From an uncultured Solirubrobacteraceae bacterium (GTDB lineage Bacteria > Actinomycetota > Thermoleophilia > Solirubrobacterales > Solirubrobacteraceae): a DNA stretch of 64,000 nucleotides. Both the position numbers and the translations under genes were made by a program. Position 1 is the first letter of the stretch. Every line of letters begins with the position of its first letter. The notes below the pieces were generated by a model. It ran no database searches, was not told the DNA's origin, and saw nothing but the letters and a program-made list of their open reading frames with translations. Where the stretch lies: assembly GCA_964588985.1 (NCBI GenBank), contig CAZPQW010000002.1:32001-96000 (forward strand), written 5' to 3'. Positions 51,364 to 60,468 of the stretch are shown here, in pieces.

Positions 51364-52336
51364 CCTCGACGTTCTCCTCGTCGACGCGCTCCTCGACCTC
51401 GGCGGATGACGTGAGCGCCCGCCTGTCAGCATCCAGCAGCGGTTCGGAGAAGAAGCTCCTCGGCCATAGACGGCGAGCCCGGACGACGTTCACCTCGGCT
51501 GCGATGAGCGTGACCTGGGCACCGAGATAGAGCCAGGCGAGCATGCCCAGCACCAGGGCGAAGAAGCCTGAGGTCTCCTTGGCGTGGCGTATGACGTGGT
51601 CGACGTAGAGGCCACCGACGTGCTGGAGGATCTGCCAGAGAACTGCTCCGAATATCACGCCGGGCAGGAGATCTCTCGTCTCGATCTCCGCTGCGGTAAG
51701 CAACCTGAAGGCAGTGAAGAACAGCAGCAGATTGACGATCAGCGCGACGAGCACCCCGCCGAGGATCGCGAGGATGCCAGCGCCGCCTGCGGTCACGAAC
51801 CCAGCGGCGACCGTGGAGACGATCGCGAGCAGGCCGAGGATGACCAGTAGTCCGAGACCGCGCAGCCGGGAGATCAGGAAGTTCGGCCGGTCCTTGTGGG
51901 GAACGTGCCAGACCTGGTTGAAGGCGTTCTGGCTGGCGCCGGTGATGCCAAGGCCGGCAAACAGCGATCCGACGATGCCGATCGCGAGGTCGAGACCGCT
52001 GCCTTTAAGCGAGCCGACGTTTTTCTGCAGCTGCGTGCCGATGATGGGGAACTGGCTGAGCGTCGAGTGCAGCACGCTGGCTCGAGCGCTGGGGTTGCCC
52101 TGAAGCACGAAACCGAGCACCGTCACGAGCACCAGCAGCAGCGGGAACAGCGAGACAAAGCCGTAGTAGGCGATCAGGGCGGCGAGCTGTCCAGCCTGGT
52201 CGTCGCCGAACTTCTTGATCACCGCGGCGATGAAGCTAAGCCGAGGGCTCCGCTGCTGGTGGCGATCGAGCGCGCGGAGACGGTCGGTGAGGCTCATTGG
52301 GAGGGGGGCCTGGGGATCGTGGGTGTCGACATCCAC
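51341..52336 (-). CDS. YihY/virulence factor BrkB family membrane protein
   Basis: KKFGDD, AA.IAYYGF.SLFPLLL, W.YL.AQ..L..AE.N; start may be 52297. Confidence 0.92.
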   Translation of the reverse strand: MDVDTHDPQAPLPMSLTDRLRALDRHQQRSPRLSFIAAVIKKFGDDQAGQLAALIAYYGFVSLFPLLLVLVTVLGFVLQGNPSARASVLHSTLSQFPIIGTQLQKNVGSLKGSGLDLAIGIVGSLFAGLGITGASQNAFNQVWHVPHKDRPNFLISRLRGLGLLVILGLLAIVSTVAAGFVTAGGAGILAILGGVLVALIVNLLLFFTAFRLLTAAEIETRDLLPGVIFGAVLWQILQHVGGLYVDHVIRHAKETSGFFALVLGMLAWLYLGAQVTLIAAEVNVVRARRLWPRSFFSEPLLDADRRALTSSAEVEERVDEENVEVSFDEPA

Positions 52337-52338
52337 AT

Positions 52339-52995
52339 GTGTCTACCCGAAACGAGCAGCAAACACGAAGCGCGGGCGCGAGCTGGCGCTCGGACCCAGC
52401 GGAGGAGGTGGCGCTTGTCGCTCGCGCCAGACGCGATCTGCTGCTGCGCGCGCACCGCTTCCGGCTGCGCCCCGAGGATCTCGAGGATGCTTACAGCCAA
52501 GCGACGCTCGAGCTTGTCGCGCACGCGCGCAGAGGTGGACGATTCGTCAGTCGCGACCACCTGGCAAACGTAGTCGAGCAGCGGTTTCTGTCGAGGATTC
52601 ATGACCGCCGCCGGGCGCTATCCGGGCGCAGTCCGATGCAGGCGGCGCTCGAGGAAGCCACGTCGCTCCACGGCGCGAAGGAGGGTAGCGTCGACCTGGC
52701 GGACGCTCGGGCCGAGCTGGAGCGGCTCGTGATTCTTCGCCAGGAACTGCAGCGGATCCAGACGGTGGCCCGTGAGCTCAGCTACGAGCAGCGACTCGTA
52801 ATCGCAACGCAGGTTGCGCTGCAGATGGGCTGCGGCGAGTTCTGCGAGCGCTACGGATGGACGGCGGAGAAGTACCGCAAGGTTGCCCAGCGCGCTCGGG
52901 CCCGGCTGCGCCGGCTGATGGTGCTCGAAGACGGAGTTGTGGGTGTCCCGTCTTCGCGCGGTGCGTCGGAACAGAAAGCAGGGACCAACCTATGA
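52339..52995 (+). CDS. Divergent sigma-70/ECF-like RNA polymerase sigma factor
   Basis: Region-2-like PEDLEDAYSQATLEL...DRRR; region-4-like LSYEQRLVI...G..E....GW....RARARLRR; start uncertain. Confidence 0.7.
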   Translation: MSTRNEQQTRSAGASWRSDPAEEVALVARARRDLLLRAHRFRLRPEDLEDAYSQATLELVAHARRGGRFVSRDHLANVVEQRFLSRIHDRRRALSGRSPMQAALEEATSLHGAKEGSVDLADARAELERLVILRQELQRIQTVARELSYEQRLVIATQVALQMGCGEFCERYGWTAEKYRKVAQRARARLRRLMVLEDGVVGVPSSRGASEQKAGTNL

Positions 52996-53159
52996 AATCT
53001 CTCCCCCCACTCATAGGCGCGTCCCCTGGGACGCCGGCGGTCGGTTCATCGGACGACCACACGGCGAGGCCCATCCGCGCGCAAGCGACCGGGACCCAGA
53101 GTTCTCCCCGCTCAGGTTCCCGGTCGCCCGCGTGCAGGCTTGGTAGTGAGGCGCGATGA
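52992..53159 (+). CDS. Small 55-aa ORF, translationally coupled at both ends
   Basis: ATG overlaps the sigma stop (ATGA at 52992) and its TGA overlaps the next ATG (ATGA at 53156). Confidence 0.5.
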   Translation: MKSLPPLIGASPGTPAVGSSDDHTARPIRAQATGTQSSPRSGSRSPACRLGSEAR

Positions 53160-53644
53160 GATTGCCGCGCCGTGCCCCTCGCGAGGTCTACCGACTCTTC
53201 GACGAGGACGAGTACCTAGCTGGCGCCACCTGGGAGCCGGATGTCGATGCGGTGACTGCTCGAAGCCTCAAGGACTCACTGTGGCCTCGGATTGTGAGTG
53301 CGGCAATTCTGCTCGGAACAACCGGCGCTGTCGGAGGGTTGGTCCTCCTCAACAGCCTCACTCATCTGAGAGGCTCCGGTCGCCGCGCGGGGCCGCGAAT
53401 ATCGTCTGCCGCTGGTCCCGCGGCTTCGACCACCGTCTCAGCCGAGCAGAACGACGCGTATTCGCACCACGGGACAACGACCCGTCGGCTGCCCTCACGT
53501 GCGAGGTCTAATCGTCGTAAACGCCGCCGCTCGAGGTTGGCGATAGCCGATACCGCAATGGCAGCGAGTTCCGCTCGCGTCACGACGAGCGTGTACGTAG
53601 CGTCCGAGGGCGCGCATCTGGCTGAGTTCGGCTTCGAGCGATGA
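53156..53644 (+). CDS. Single-pass membrane protein
   Basis: R.PREVYR.FDEDEYL N-terminus, one TM helix, low-complexity tail ending EFGFER; ATGA overlap with tcpC-like gene. Confidence 0.7.
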   Translation: MRLPRRAPREVYRLFDEDEYLAGATWEPDVDAVTARSLKDSLWPRIVSAAILLGTTGAVGGLVLLNSLTHLRGSGRRAGPRISSAAGPAASTTVSAEQNDAYSHHGTTTRRLPSRARSNRRKRRRSRLAIADTAMAASSARVTTSVYVASEGAHLAEFGFER

Positions 53645-54519
53645 GCAGCCACACCGAAGCAAGCGGCCTTGCATCGGCAAAGGTGAGTCTCACCACTCAT
53701 CCGCTGTGGCGCATCAGACTTACGCGAGACGCGCCTCGGTATTTGTTGAGCGCACTGTCGCTGGCGGGGATCGCCGCAAGCGCCCGATTTGCGCTCGCCC
53801 CGCCGATACCGACGCTCCCAAAGACGTCGCTGCTTGCGCCGGTACCGGCAGATCGCGCGGCGGAAGGATACGCGGTGCTGTTCGCGCGCCGCTATCTGAC
53901 ATGGAATGCAGCAGAACCTCAGGCCAGCGAGCGTTCGCTGGAACCGTTTCTCGGGGCGGGCATGGAATCCGGTGCCGGCATCCAACTGCCCGCGACTGGC
54001 GAGCAGCACGTCGAATGGGCCGAAGTCGTGCAGGCGCGCGAACCCGCTCGCGGTGAGCACATGTTCACAGTCGCCGTGCAAACCGACACAGGAGGGCTCC
54101 AGTACCTGACCGTGGGCGTGACGCGCACACACGACGGCAGTCTGGCCCTGTCGGGATACCCGGCACTCGTGGGTTCTCCGACTGCGGTCGGAGCACAGAG
54201 TCCTCAGCGATTGCGCGAAGTCAACGATCCGACGCTGACGGTGGTGTCGCAGCGGGTGCTGCGCAACTACCTCGCGGCTTCTCCTTCCGAGCTCGCTGCC
54301 GATCTCGCGAGCGGCGCACACGTCGCGCTGCCCACGTATGCCCTGAGCCTAGAGACCGTGGAGCGCTTGGACTGGTCCACCGACGGCAGCTCAGTGCTGG
54401 CAGTGGTGCAGGCCCGAGATGGACGCGGCGTGCACTACACGCTCGCCTACGAAGTCGAAGTCGAGCGGACTCAAGGGCGCTGGGAGGTCTCAGCGGTGCA
54501 GATGGATCCAGACGCCTAG
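53641..54519 (+). CDS. Conjugal transfer protein, TcpC/Tn916 Orf13 (VirB8-like)
   Basis: N-terminal TM, FARRYLTW, YLTVGV, YPALV, two NTF2-like halves; operon context. Confidence 0.82.
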   Translation: MSSHTEASGLASAKVSLTTHPLWRIRLTRDAPRYLLSALSLAGIAASARFALAPPIPTLPKTSLLAPVPADRAAEGYAVLFARRYLTWNAAEPQASERSLEPFLGAGMESGAGIQLPATGEQHVEWAEVVQAREPARGEHMFTVAVQTDTGGLQYLTVGVTRTHDGSLALSGYPALVGSPTAVGAQSPQRLREVNDPTLTVVSQRVLRNYLAASPSELAADLASGAHVALPTYALSLETVERLDWSTDGSSVLAVVQARDGRGVHYTLAYEVEVERTQGRWEVSAVQMDPDA

Positions 54520-54541
54520 ACAACCAACACCAGGAGATCAG

Positions 54542-54913
54542 ATGAAGACCAGGCTCTTGTACCTGTCGATGGCGGCGCTTGCCGCGTGTACGTGTATATC
54601 CCTTGCACCCGTGCCGGCTGTCGCGGCGATCGGAGGCAGCACCGCCGGGAGGGCTCCAAGTACTGCTTCGGGCGAACGGACTGGCAGCTCCCTGGAATCG
54701 GCAGCGGCCAAGGCCGGGAGCACCGGGCGGGCTGTGGCGATGAGCTTGATCGGGCTGGCGTTCTCGGTAGCAGCCACCGTGCTGGCATTCCGCCGGGACT
54801 TCAAGGAGGCGGCGGGTGTATTCGCCGTGGGGATCGTTTCAGTACTGCTGGCGACGCCGGCGGGGGTGAGTCTCTTGCAGGACACCGTCACCTCGCTCTT
54901 CGGCGGGCGCTGA
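54542..54913 (+). CDS. Pilin-like / TcpD-like small membrane protein (VirB2-like)
   Basis: CAGGAG RBS, signal peptide, two hydrophobic helices split by FRRDFKE; lies between tcpC-like and tcpE-like genes. Confidence 0.6.
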   Translation: MKTRLLYLSMAALAACTCISLAPVPAVAAIGGSTAGRAPSTASGERTGSSLESAAAKAGSTGRAVAMSLIGLAFSVAATVLAFRRDFKEAAGVFAVGIVSVLLATPAGVSLLQDTVTSLFGGR

Positions 54914-55524
54914 TGGAGATTCGCTCCTACCGTCGCGTCTTTGACCTCGAGCGGCGCGTCTACAGCGTCGATCGCATGCGCCTGAACCCAGGTGGCGTGC
55001 CGGTGAGGGGGATTGTTTACTTCGTAGCGATACTCGCGGCGGGAACAGCGATTGCAAGCCTGCCACTTCTCGGTGGTGGCGTCCACGCACTGCCGTGGTA
55101 CCTGCGCGATCTGGCGCTACCAGGGCTAGTCGCGACTGTGCTCAGCGCCATCCGGGTCGAGGGCAGAACCTTTCACCTGGCCGCGCACGCTCTTGTACGT
55201 CATGCGTTCGGGTCACGCCGGGTCGCGGGGGTGGGGCGCAGATCGGAACTGGGGCGACGGTGGTCCCCATCGGACATCGTATTCTTGCCGGACGGTTCCG
55301 ACGCTCGGATGCGTCGATTGCGCTACACCGGCCCGGGTGCTGTGCTGGTCGCCCTCGAGTGCGAAGTGGTCAGTCGATCAAGCAGCATCTGGCCGAGAGG
55401 CGGGAGTGCAACTCTTGCGCTTCGGCCGGCGCCTCGCGCAGCATCCCTGGATAGGGCTCAGGTGATCTCGCTCGCGCCTGGCGCACGACTCCTGGTGCAC
55501 GCGCACGAGCCCGATCGGCGGTGA
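54913..55524 (+). CDS. TcpE family conjugal transfer membrane protein (VirB3-like)
   Basis: MEIRSYRRVFDLERRVYSVDRMRL..GGVP, two TMs, EGR motif; immediately before the VirB4 ATPase. Confidence 0.82.
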   Translation: MEIRSYRRVFDLERRVYSVDRMRLNPGGVPVRGIVYFVAILAAGTAIASLPLLGGGVHALPWYLRDLALPGLVATVLSAIRVEGRTFHLAAHALVRHAFGSRRVAGVGRRSELGRRWSPSDIVFLPDGSDARMRRLRYTGPGAVLVALECEVVSRSSSIWPRGGSATLALRPAPRAASLDRAQVISLAPGARLLVHAHEPDRR

Positions 55525-55525
55525 C

Positions 55526-57964
55526 GTGGTGAAGGCGCCGCTCGCATTCGTGCACGGTAACTGCGTGTTCGCGGCAGGCCTGGACGATGCATGGGCGGCG
55601 TTCTCCGTCGAGACGTTCTCCTACGCATGGCTCAGTGAGGATGCAAAGCGAACCCGACTGCTCGCGCTGCTCGGTGCGTTGGAGGCTGTCGAGGCAGATG
55701 TACAGGTGATGCGCGTCTGTCGACACTGGCAGCTGGAGCGCTACGTCAGCGATGCGTGCCGTGAGGGTGCGGCGCGGACTCAGGAGAGTGCGCGCAGGCG
55801 TTATGTCGAGGAGCACGCGATGCGCTTGCGGGATGTCGGGCTGGCTCAGCCATCGATCTTCCTGCTTGTGAGCTTGCGTGAGCCCGAGCGCGATGTCGCT
55901 TCCTACGTATCGAACGCGGTTGCGCAACATCCGCGCGAATGGTGGGAGGCAGCCCGCCGTGCATTGTCGATGCGCGACCAGCGCATCCTGCCCGTGTCGG
56001 AGCTAGAGCGGGTCAGGGTGCGTGCGGACCAGATCCACGCACGCCTCGAAGACTTCCTGCCGGTGCGCCCGGCGCGCGGCGTGGAGATCCAGTGGCTGAT
56101 ACGCAGAGCATTTTGCCGGGGCGTGGGCGAACCTGTCGTGGACGGCCTGCACGAGCCCCGGGCTCTCCTCTTCGAGCGCAACGGAAAGGCTGCACTCGCT
56201 CCGCTGGAGGGTGACGTGATGCGCTGGGCCGACAGCCTCGTGGAGCATCGAGGGCGGACGCTCAGGATCGAGTCTGAGCTCGGCATTAGCTGGCAGGCAC
56301 AGTTGGTGCTGGGCGCGCTGCCGGAGCGTGTGCAGTTCCCGGGCGCTCGCGCGGAGTTGATGTTCGCGCCGCCCGAAAGCCTTCCGTTCCCGATCGACCT
56401 CTCGCTGAACGCGCGCTTCCTACCCAACGAGCTGGCACTGAGAGTCGCTCGCAGGAAGATCCAGGACGCCGACCAGATCGTGCGCGCGGAGTCAGATGGC
56501 GAGCAGGGAGTGTCCGATCTGGGCTACGAGCGGACACAAGAGGCCAGGGATCTGCTCGCGTACCTGCAAGCGTCGAGCAGGCCGCCGCTGCTGCGTGCGA
56601 CGCTGGGCATTGCGGTTGGAGCGTCTGATGAGCGGGAGCTCGAGGAGCGCGTGGAGATGTGCCGGCGCGCCTACGGCGAGATACGGCTGCATCGCCCGGT
56701 AGGTGACCAGCTGCAGCTTTTCCTCCAGCACCTGCCTGGGCAGCGCACGAGGCTGGCCGGCTACGACGACACGCTCACCAGCGAGCAGGTCGCGGCGATG
56801 ATGCCGCATGCCACACATGCGGTGGGCTCGAGGCGCGGCTTCTATCTGGGGCACACGCTCTCGGGCTCCAGACAGGCGGTTACCTTCAATCTCAGAGAGG
56901 GTTCTGACAGCGACCGCAACACGACGATCCTCAGCGTCGGAGCGCTCGGGTCAGGCAAGACCACGCTCGCCCAGAAGCTCAAGTACGAGGGCTTCCTGCA
57001 GGGCGCGCGAGTGATCGACTGCGATCCGAAGGGCGATCACCGCTTCCACCTGCTCGAGGACGTGGCACCGCACACGGAGTGCATGACGCTGAGACCGGAT
57101 CCCGCACTGCGCGGGATGCTCGACCCACTGCGAGTGGCGCCGGAGCATCTGCGGCAGGACGCCACGGTGTCTTTCCTGCGCGACCTGCTGCCGGGGCGCG
57201 CCGAGCCAGCGTGGGAGACCGCGGTCGTCGGCGCGGTCGATCGTGTGATGAGGCGTTCGTCAGAACCTACGTGCCTGGAGGTGGTGAAGGCATTGAAGGA
57301 AGGTGATGACACCGACTCTCAGGTGGGAAAGACACTCGAGGTTTATGCACGCTCGGGGCTCACCCAGCTCGGGTTCGCGGACCCTGCAGTGAAGCTGCCG
57401 CCGATCGGCCAGCACCAGGTCACCTACTTGCCGATTCGTGACCTGCCCGCGCCCGAACCGGGCATGCGTCGCTCGGAGTACTCGCAGGCTGAGCGAGTGG
57501 GCGAGCAGATCGTCCGTCTCATCGCGATGTTCGCGATGCACATGATGGGCGCCGAGCGCGAGCGTCTCAAGTTGTTCTCGTTCGACGAGGGCTGGCGCCT
57601 GCTGGGCGACCCAGTCGGGCGCATGCTGCTCAGTTCACTTCAGCGGATGGGTCGCTCGGAGCTCGCGGTGCCGATCATCAGCACCCAGCTCGTGACAGAT
57701 GGGCTGGCCGGGGAGCGAGAGTCGCTCGAGAACCTCATCGGCGCGACGTTCGTGTTCGGGATGCGCTCGGAGGCCGAGGCGGCGCGTGCGCTCACCCTGC
57801 TCGGGCTCGACCCAGATGACAGGCGTATGCGTCAGATCCTGCTCGAGCTGGACGCAGGACGGTGCCTGTTCCGCGATCACAGCGGACGTATCGAGGCGAT
57901 CCAGGTGGATGTGGTGATTCCGTCATTGCTTCGGGCGTTCTCGACCACCCCGCGAGCGGAGTGA
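55526..57964 (+). CDS. VirB4-like conjugation ATPase (TcpF/ConE/Tn916 Orf16 type)
   Basis: Walker A GALGSGKT, DPKGD, LDPL, Walker B FSFDEGW, RMGRS, STQ, G.CLFRD..GR; 812 aa. Confidence 0.9.
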   Translation: MVKAPLAFVHGNCVFAAGLDDAWAAFSVETFSYAWLSEDAKRTRLLALLGALEAVEADVQVMRVCRHWQLERYVSDACREGAARTQESARRRYVEEHAMRLRDVGLAQPSIFLLVSLREPERDVASYVSNAVAQHPREWWEAARRALSMRDQRILPVSELERVRVRADQIHARLEDFLPVRPARGVEIQWLIRRAFCRGVGEPVVDGLHEPRALLFERNGKAALAPLEGDVMRWADSLVEHRGRTLRIESELGISWQAQLVLGALPERVQFPGARAELMFAPPESLPFPIDLSLNARFLPNELALRVARRKIQDADQIVRAESDGEQGVSDLGYERTQEARDLLAYLQASSRPPLLRATLGIAVGASDERELEERVEMCRRAYGEIRLHRPVGDQLQLFLQHLPGQRTRLAGYDDTLTSEQVAAMMPHATHAVGSRRGFYLGHTLSGSRQAVTFNLREGSDSDRNTTILSVGALGSGKTTLAQKLKYEGFLQGARVIDCDPKGDHRFHLLEDVAPHTECMTLRPDPALRGMLDPLRVAPEHLRQDATVSFLRDLLPGRAEPAWETAVVGAVDRVMRRSSEPTCLEVVKALKEGDDTDSQVGKTLEVYARSGLTQLGFADPAVKLPPIGQHQVTYLPIRDLPAPEPGMRRSEYSQAERVGEQIVRLIAMFAMHMMGAERERLKLFSFDEGWRLLGDPVGRMLLSSLQRMGRSELAVPIISTQLVTDGLAGERESLENLIGATFVFGMRSEAEAARALTLLGLDPDDRRMRQILLELDAGRCLFRDHSGRIEAIQVDVVIPSLLRAFSTTPRAE

Positions 57965-60468
57965 TTTCGCGCTCCGTCTTGCTATCGACACGAGCGGTGG
58001 TCTGTGCGCTCATTCTCGCCGGTGCTTGCCTGGGCACGGCCACCGAGGAAGCGGAGGCAATCGAGCAGACCAACGCTCCCGGTGTCGCACGGAGTACGAG
58101 TACGCCCTCTAGCCGTACCGTCGGATCGCGCGCACCTAGTCGACCGCCGCTCACCTCGGGAGCAGAAGATGGCGCCGCCGGAGAAGGTGCAACGGTCGCT
58201 ATTCAGGGAGAAGCAGATCCGCTCGTGAGCAACGGACTGGCCAGCCCCAGTTGTCGGGGCGCTCTTGCGCTCGAACTGTCGGCGAGCGACAGGAGCAACT
58301 GCGAAACCTCGGGCTTCGTGGCCGCACCCGCGCCGACCGGCAACTACGGAATCGACGTGCACATCGACACGGGGCTGCTCGGTGGCCTCAGCTCTGGCGG
58401 GCTGCTCAGTGCTGTGCAGGATCTGTTCGTGACGCCGTTGTGGATGGCGTTGGTGTGGTCGATGCACGCGCTCGTCGTGATGCTCGAGTGGTGCTTCACC
58501 GTCGACCTGCTGGACAGTGCAGCTGCCGGCGGGCTTGCCAGGGGACTGCGCCAGGCTCAGACGGCGCTCACCGACCCCTGGCTGCCGCTGGTTCTGGCGG
58601 TGGCCTCGGTGCTCGCGCTGTACCAAGGGCTGATCCGTCGGCGCGTTGCCGCGACGGTTGGAGAGGTGGTGGTGATGGTCGCGATGATGGCTGGTGGGAT
58701 CTGGGTGATCGCCGATCCGACGGGCACTGTCGGCGCGCTCGGACAGTGGGCGAACCAAGCGGCATTGGGGACCCTCGCAGTTGCCGCTCGTGGCGCACCG
58801 TCGGCGCCGGGGCAGGCCCTCGGAGATAGCCTCGACGTTGTCTTCGCGTCAGCGATCGAAGCGCCGTGGTGCTACCTGGAGTTCGGGGATGTCGACTGGT
58901 GCAGGAATCCGGCTCGGCTGGAACCCGAACTGCATGCTGCCGGTCTTGCGCTCTCCGTTCAAGAGCTTGCGCTGGCCCACTGCAACGCGGAATTGTGCAG
59001 GGCCCTCGGCGGATCGGCAGCGGCGGGGGAGCACAGCGCGGAGCTGTTGCGCCATGCGCGCAGCAACGGGGCAGTCTTCCTCGCGCTGCCTGCAAACGGA
59101 GCCGCGCGCAACTCGATCAACGATCAGGGATCGCTACTGCGAACGATCTGCCGCAGCAGCGAAGCGACCAACTGCCACGGGCCGGCTGCAGCACCGGCGC
59201 AGTTCCGTACCGCGGGGCAAACCTGGGCTCGAGTTGGCGGACTGCTGCTGATCGCGGCTGGCCTGCTCGGGATGCTGCTGCTGCTCGGCTTCATCGCCGT
59301 ACGGTTGTTGACAGCGGCGGTCTTCAGCCTCCTCTATCTGCTGCTCGCTCCAGCGATGGTGCTCGCTCCAGCGCTCGGCGAGGGCGGGCGCGCACTGTTT
59401 CGCAAGTGGGTCGCACAGTTGCTCGGCGCGGTGGTCTCGAAGTTGCTGTTCTCGTTCCTCCTGGGTGTGGTTCTGGCGGTGCTCGCGATCCTCTCGGACC
59501 TCAGTGCGATCGGCTGGTGGACTCAGTGGCTGCTGATGTCCGCCTTCTGGTGGGGTGCGTATGCGCGTCGTCACCAGGCGCTCGGGATCGTGGGAGGCGC
59601 GATGGGAGGCGATCACGCACGGCACCGCTCGGTGGTGCGGAGGGTCGGTGACGTGCTCGAGACGCGCAAAGCGAACGCTGCCGTCCGCTGGATCAAAGCC
59701 AGACAGGATCGCTCAGCACCCGCGGTCGAGGCGCGCCAGTGGTCCGAACCAGCAAGTCGTGCAGCGTCCAAGCCCCCTCCAGCCAGGGCCGACGAGCAGG
59801 TGACGAGGGTGCTGGAGCGCGAGCACGCAGACGCTAGCGAGCGTATGGCGGGCGCTCCGGAGCTAGAAGAGGGGATCTCGGCCATGCGCAGCAGGCTCGG
59901 GCGAGTACGCCTCGAGCGTGCCAAGGCACTCGCCGACGGCGATTGGCGCAGGGCGGCTCGACTCGGTGGTCGCAGCGAGAACATCGAGCGTGAGATCGAG
60001 CAGTCGCAGGACACGCTCGGGGACACTCGGCGGATTTCGGGGGTGGGTAGTAAGTCGTTCGCGCGCGAGCACCACGAGGAACGGGAGCGATTCCTGAATG
60101 CCCAGGCGGCGTTGCCGGGCAGTTCGGTCCGCGCGCGAAGTCGTGCGGCGGGCGAACATCGCGACTACTCACGCCTGGCTCCGCTCGCGGGATACGCGCA
60201 GCAGGGCTACGAGCAACTGGACCCTCGCGCTCAGCGTGTCGCTCGCCTGCAGATCGATCGCGAGTTGGCGTCGCGCAACGAGTTGATTGGGAGCAGGGGA
60301 GCAAGTACGACGTCAGCCACGACGCAGGTCGGTCGGCGCCCGAGTTCTAAAGCGAGCAACGAGAGCGCTCCTGAGCGGCGACCAGCGGAGCCCGAATCGA
60401 GCGTGATGCGCGATATACGCGAGGTTGCCACAGGATGCAAGCGTCAGCATGGACGGGATAACGCTTGA
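57961..60468 (+). CDS. VirB6-like polytopic membrane protein (TcpH/ConG/Orf15 type)
   Basis: Many TM segments, PWCYLEFG motif, long charged C-terminal helical tail; GTGA overlap with the ATPase gene. Confidence 0.78.
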   Translation: MISRSVLLSTRAVVCALILAGACLGTATEEAEAIEQTNAPGVARSTSTPSSRTVGSRAPSRPPLTSGAEDGAAGEGATVAIQGEADPLVSNGLASPSCRGALALELSASDRSNCETSGFVAAPAPTGNYGIDVHIDTGLLGGLSSGGLLSAVQDLFVTPLWMALVWSMHALVVMLEWCFTVDLLDSAAAGGLARGLRQAQTALTDPWLPLVLAVASVLALYQGLIRRRVAATVGEVVVMVAMMAGGIWVIADPTGTVGALGQWANQAALGTLAVAARGAPSAPGQALGDSLDVVFASAIEAPWCYLEFGDVDWCRNPARLEPELHAAGLALSVQELALAHCNAELCRALGGSAAAGEHSAELLRHARSNGAVFLALPANGAARNSINDQGSLLRTICRSSEATNCHGPAAAPAQFRTAGQTWARVGGLLLIAAGLLGMLLLLGFIAVRLLTAAVFSLLYLLLAPAMVLAPALGEGGRALFRKWVAQLLGAVVSKLLFSFLLGVVLAVLAILSDLSAIGWWTQWLLMSAFWWGAYARRHQALGIVGGAMGGDHARHRSVVRRVGDVLETRKANAAVRWIKARQDRSAPAVEARQWSEPASRAASKPPPARADEQVTRVLEREHADASERMAGAPELEEGISAMRSRLGRVRLERAKALADGDWRRAARLGGRSENIEREIEQSQDTLGDTRRISGVGSKSFAREHHEERERFLNAQAALPGSSVRARSRAAGEHRDYSRLAPLAGYAQQGYEQLDPRAQRVARLQIDRELASRNELIGSRGASTTSATTQVGRRPSSKASNESAPERRPAEPESSVMRDIREVATGCKRQHGRDNA

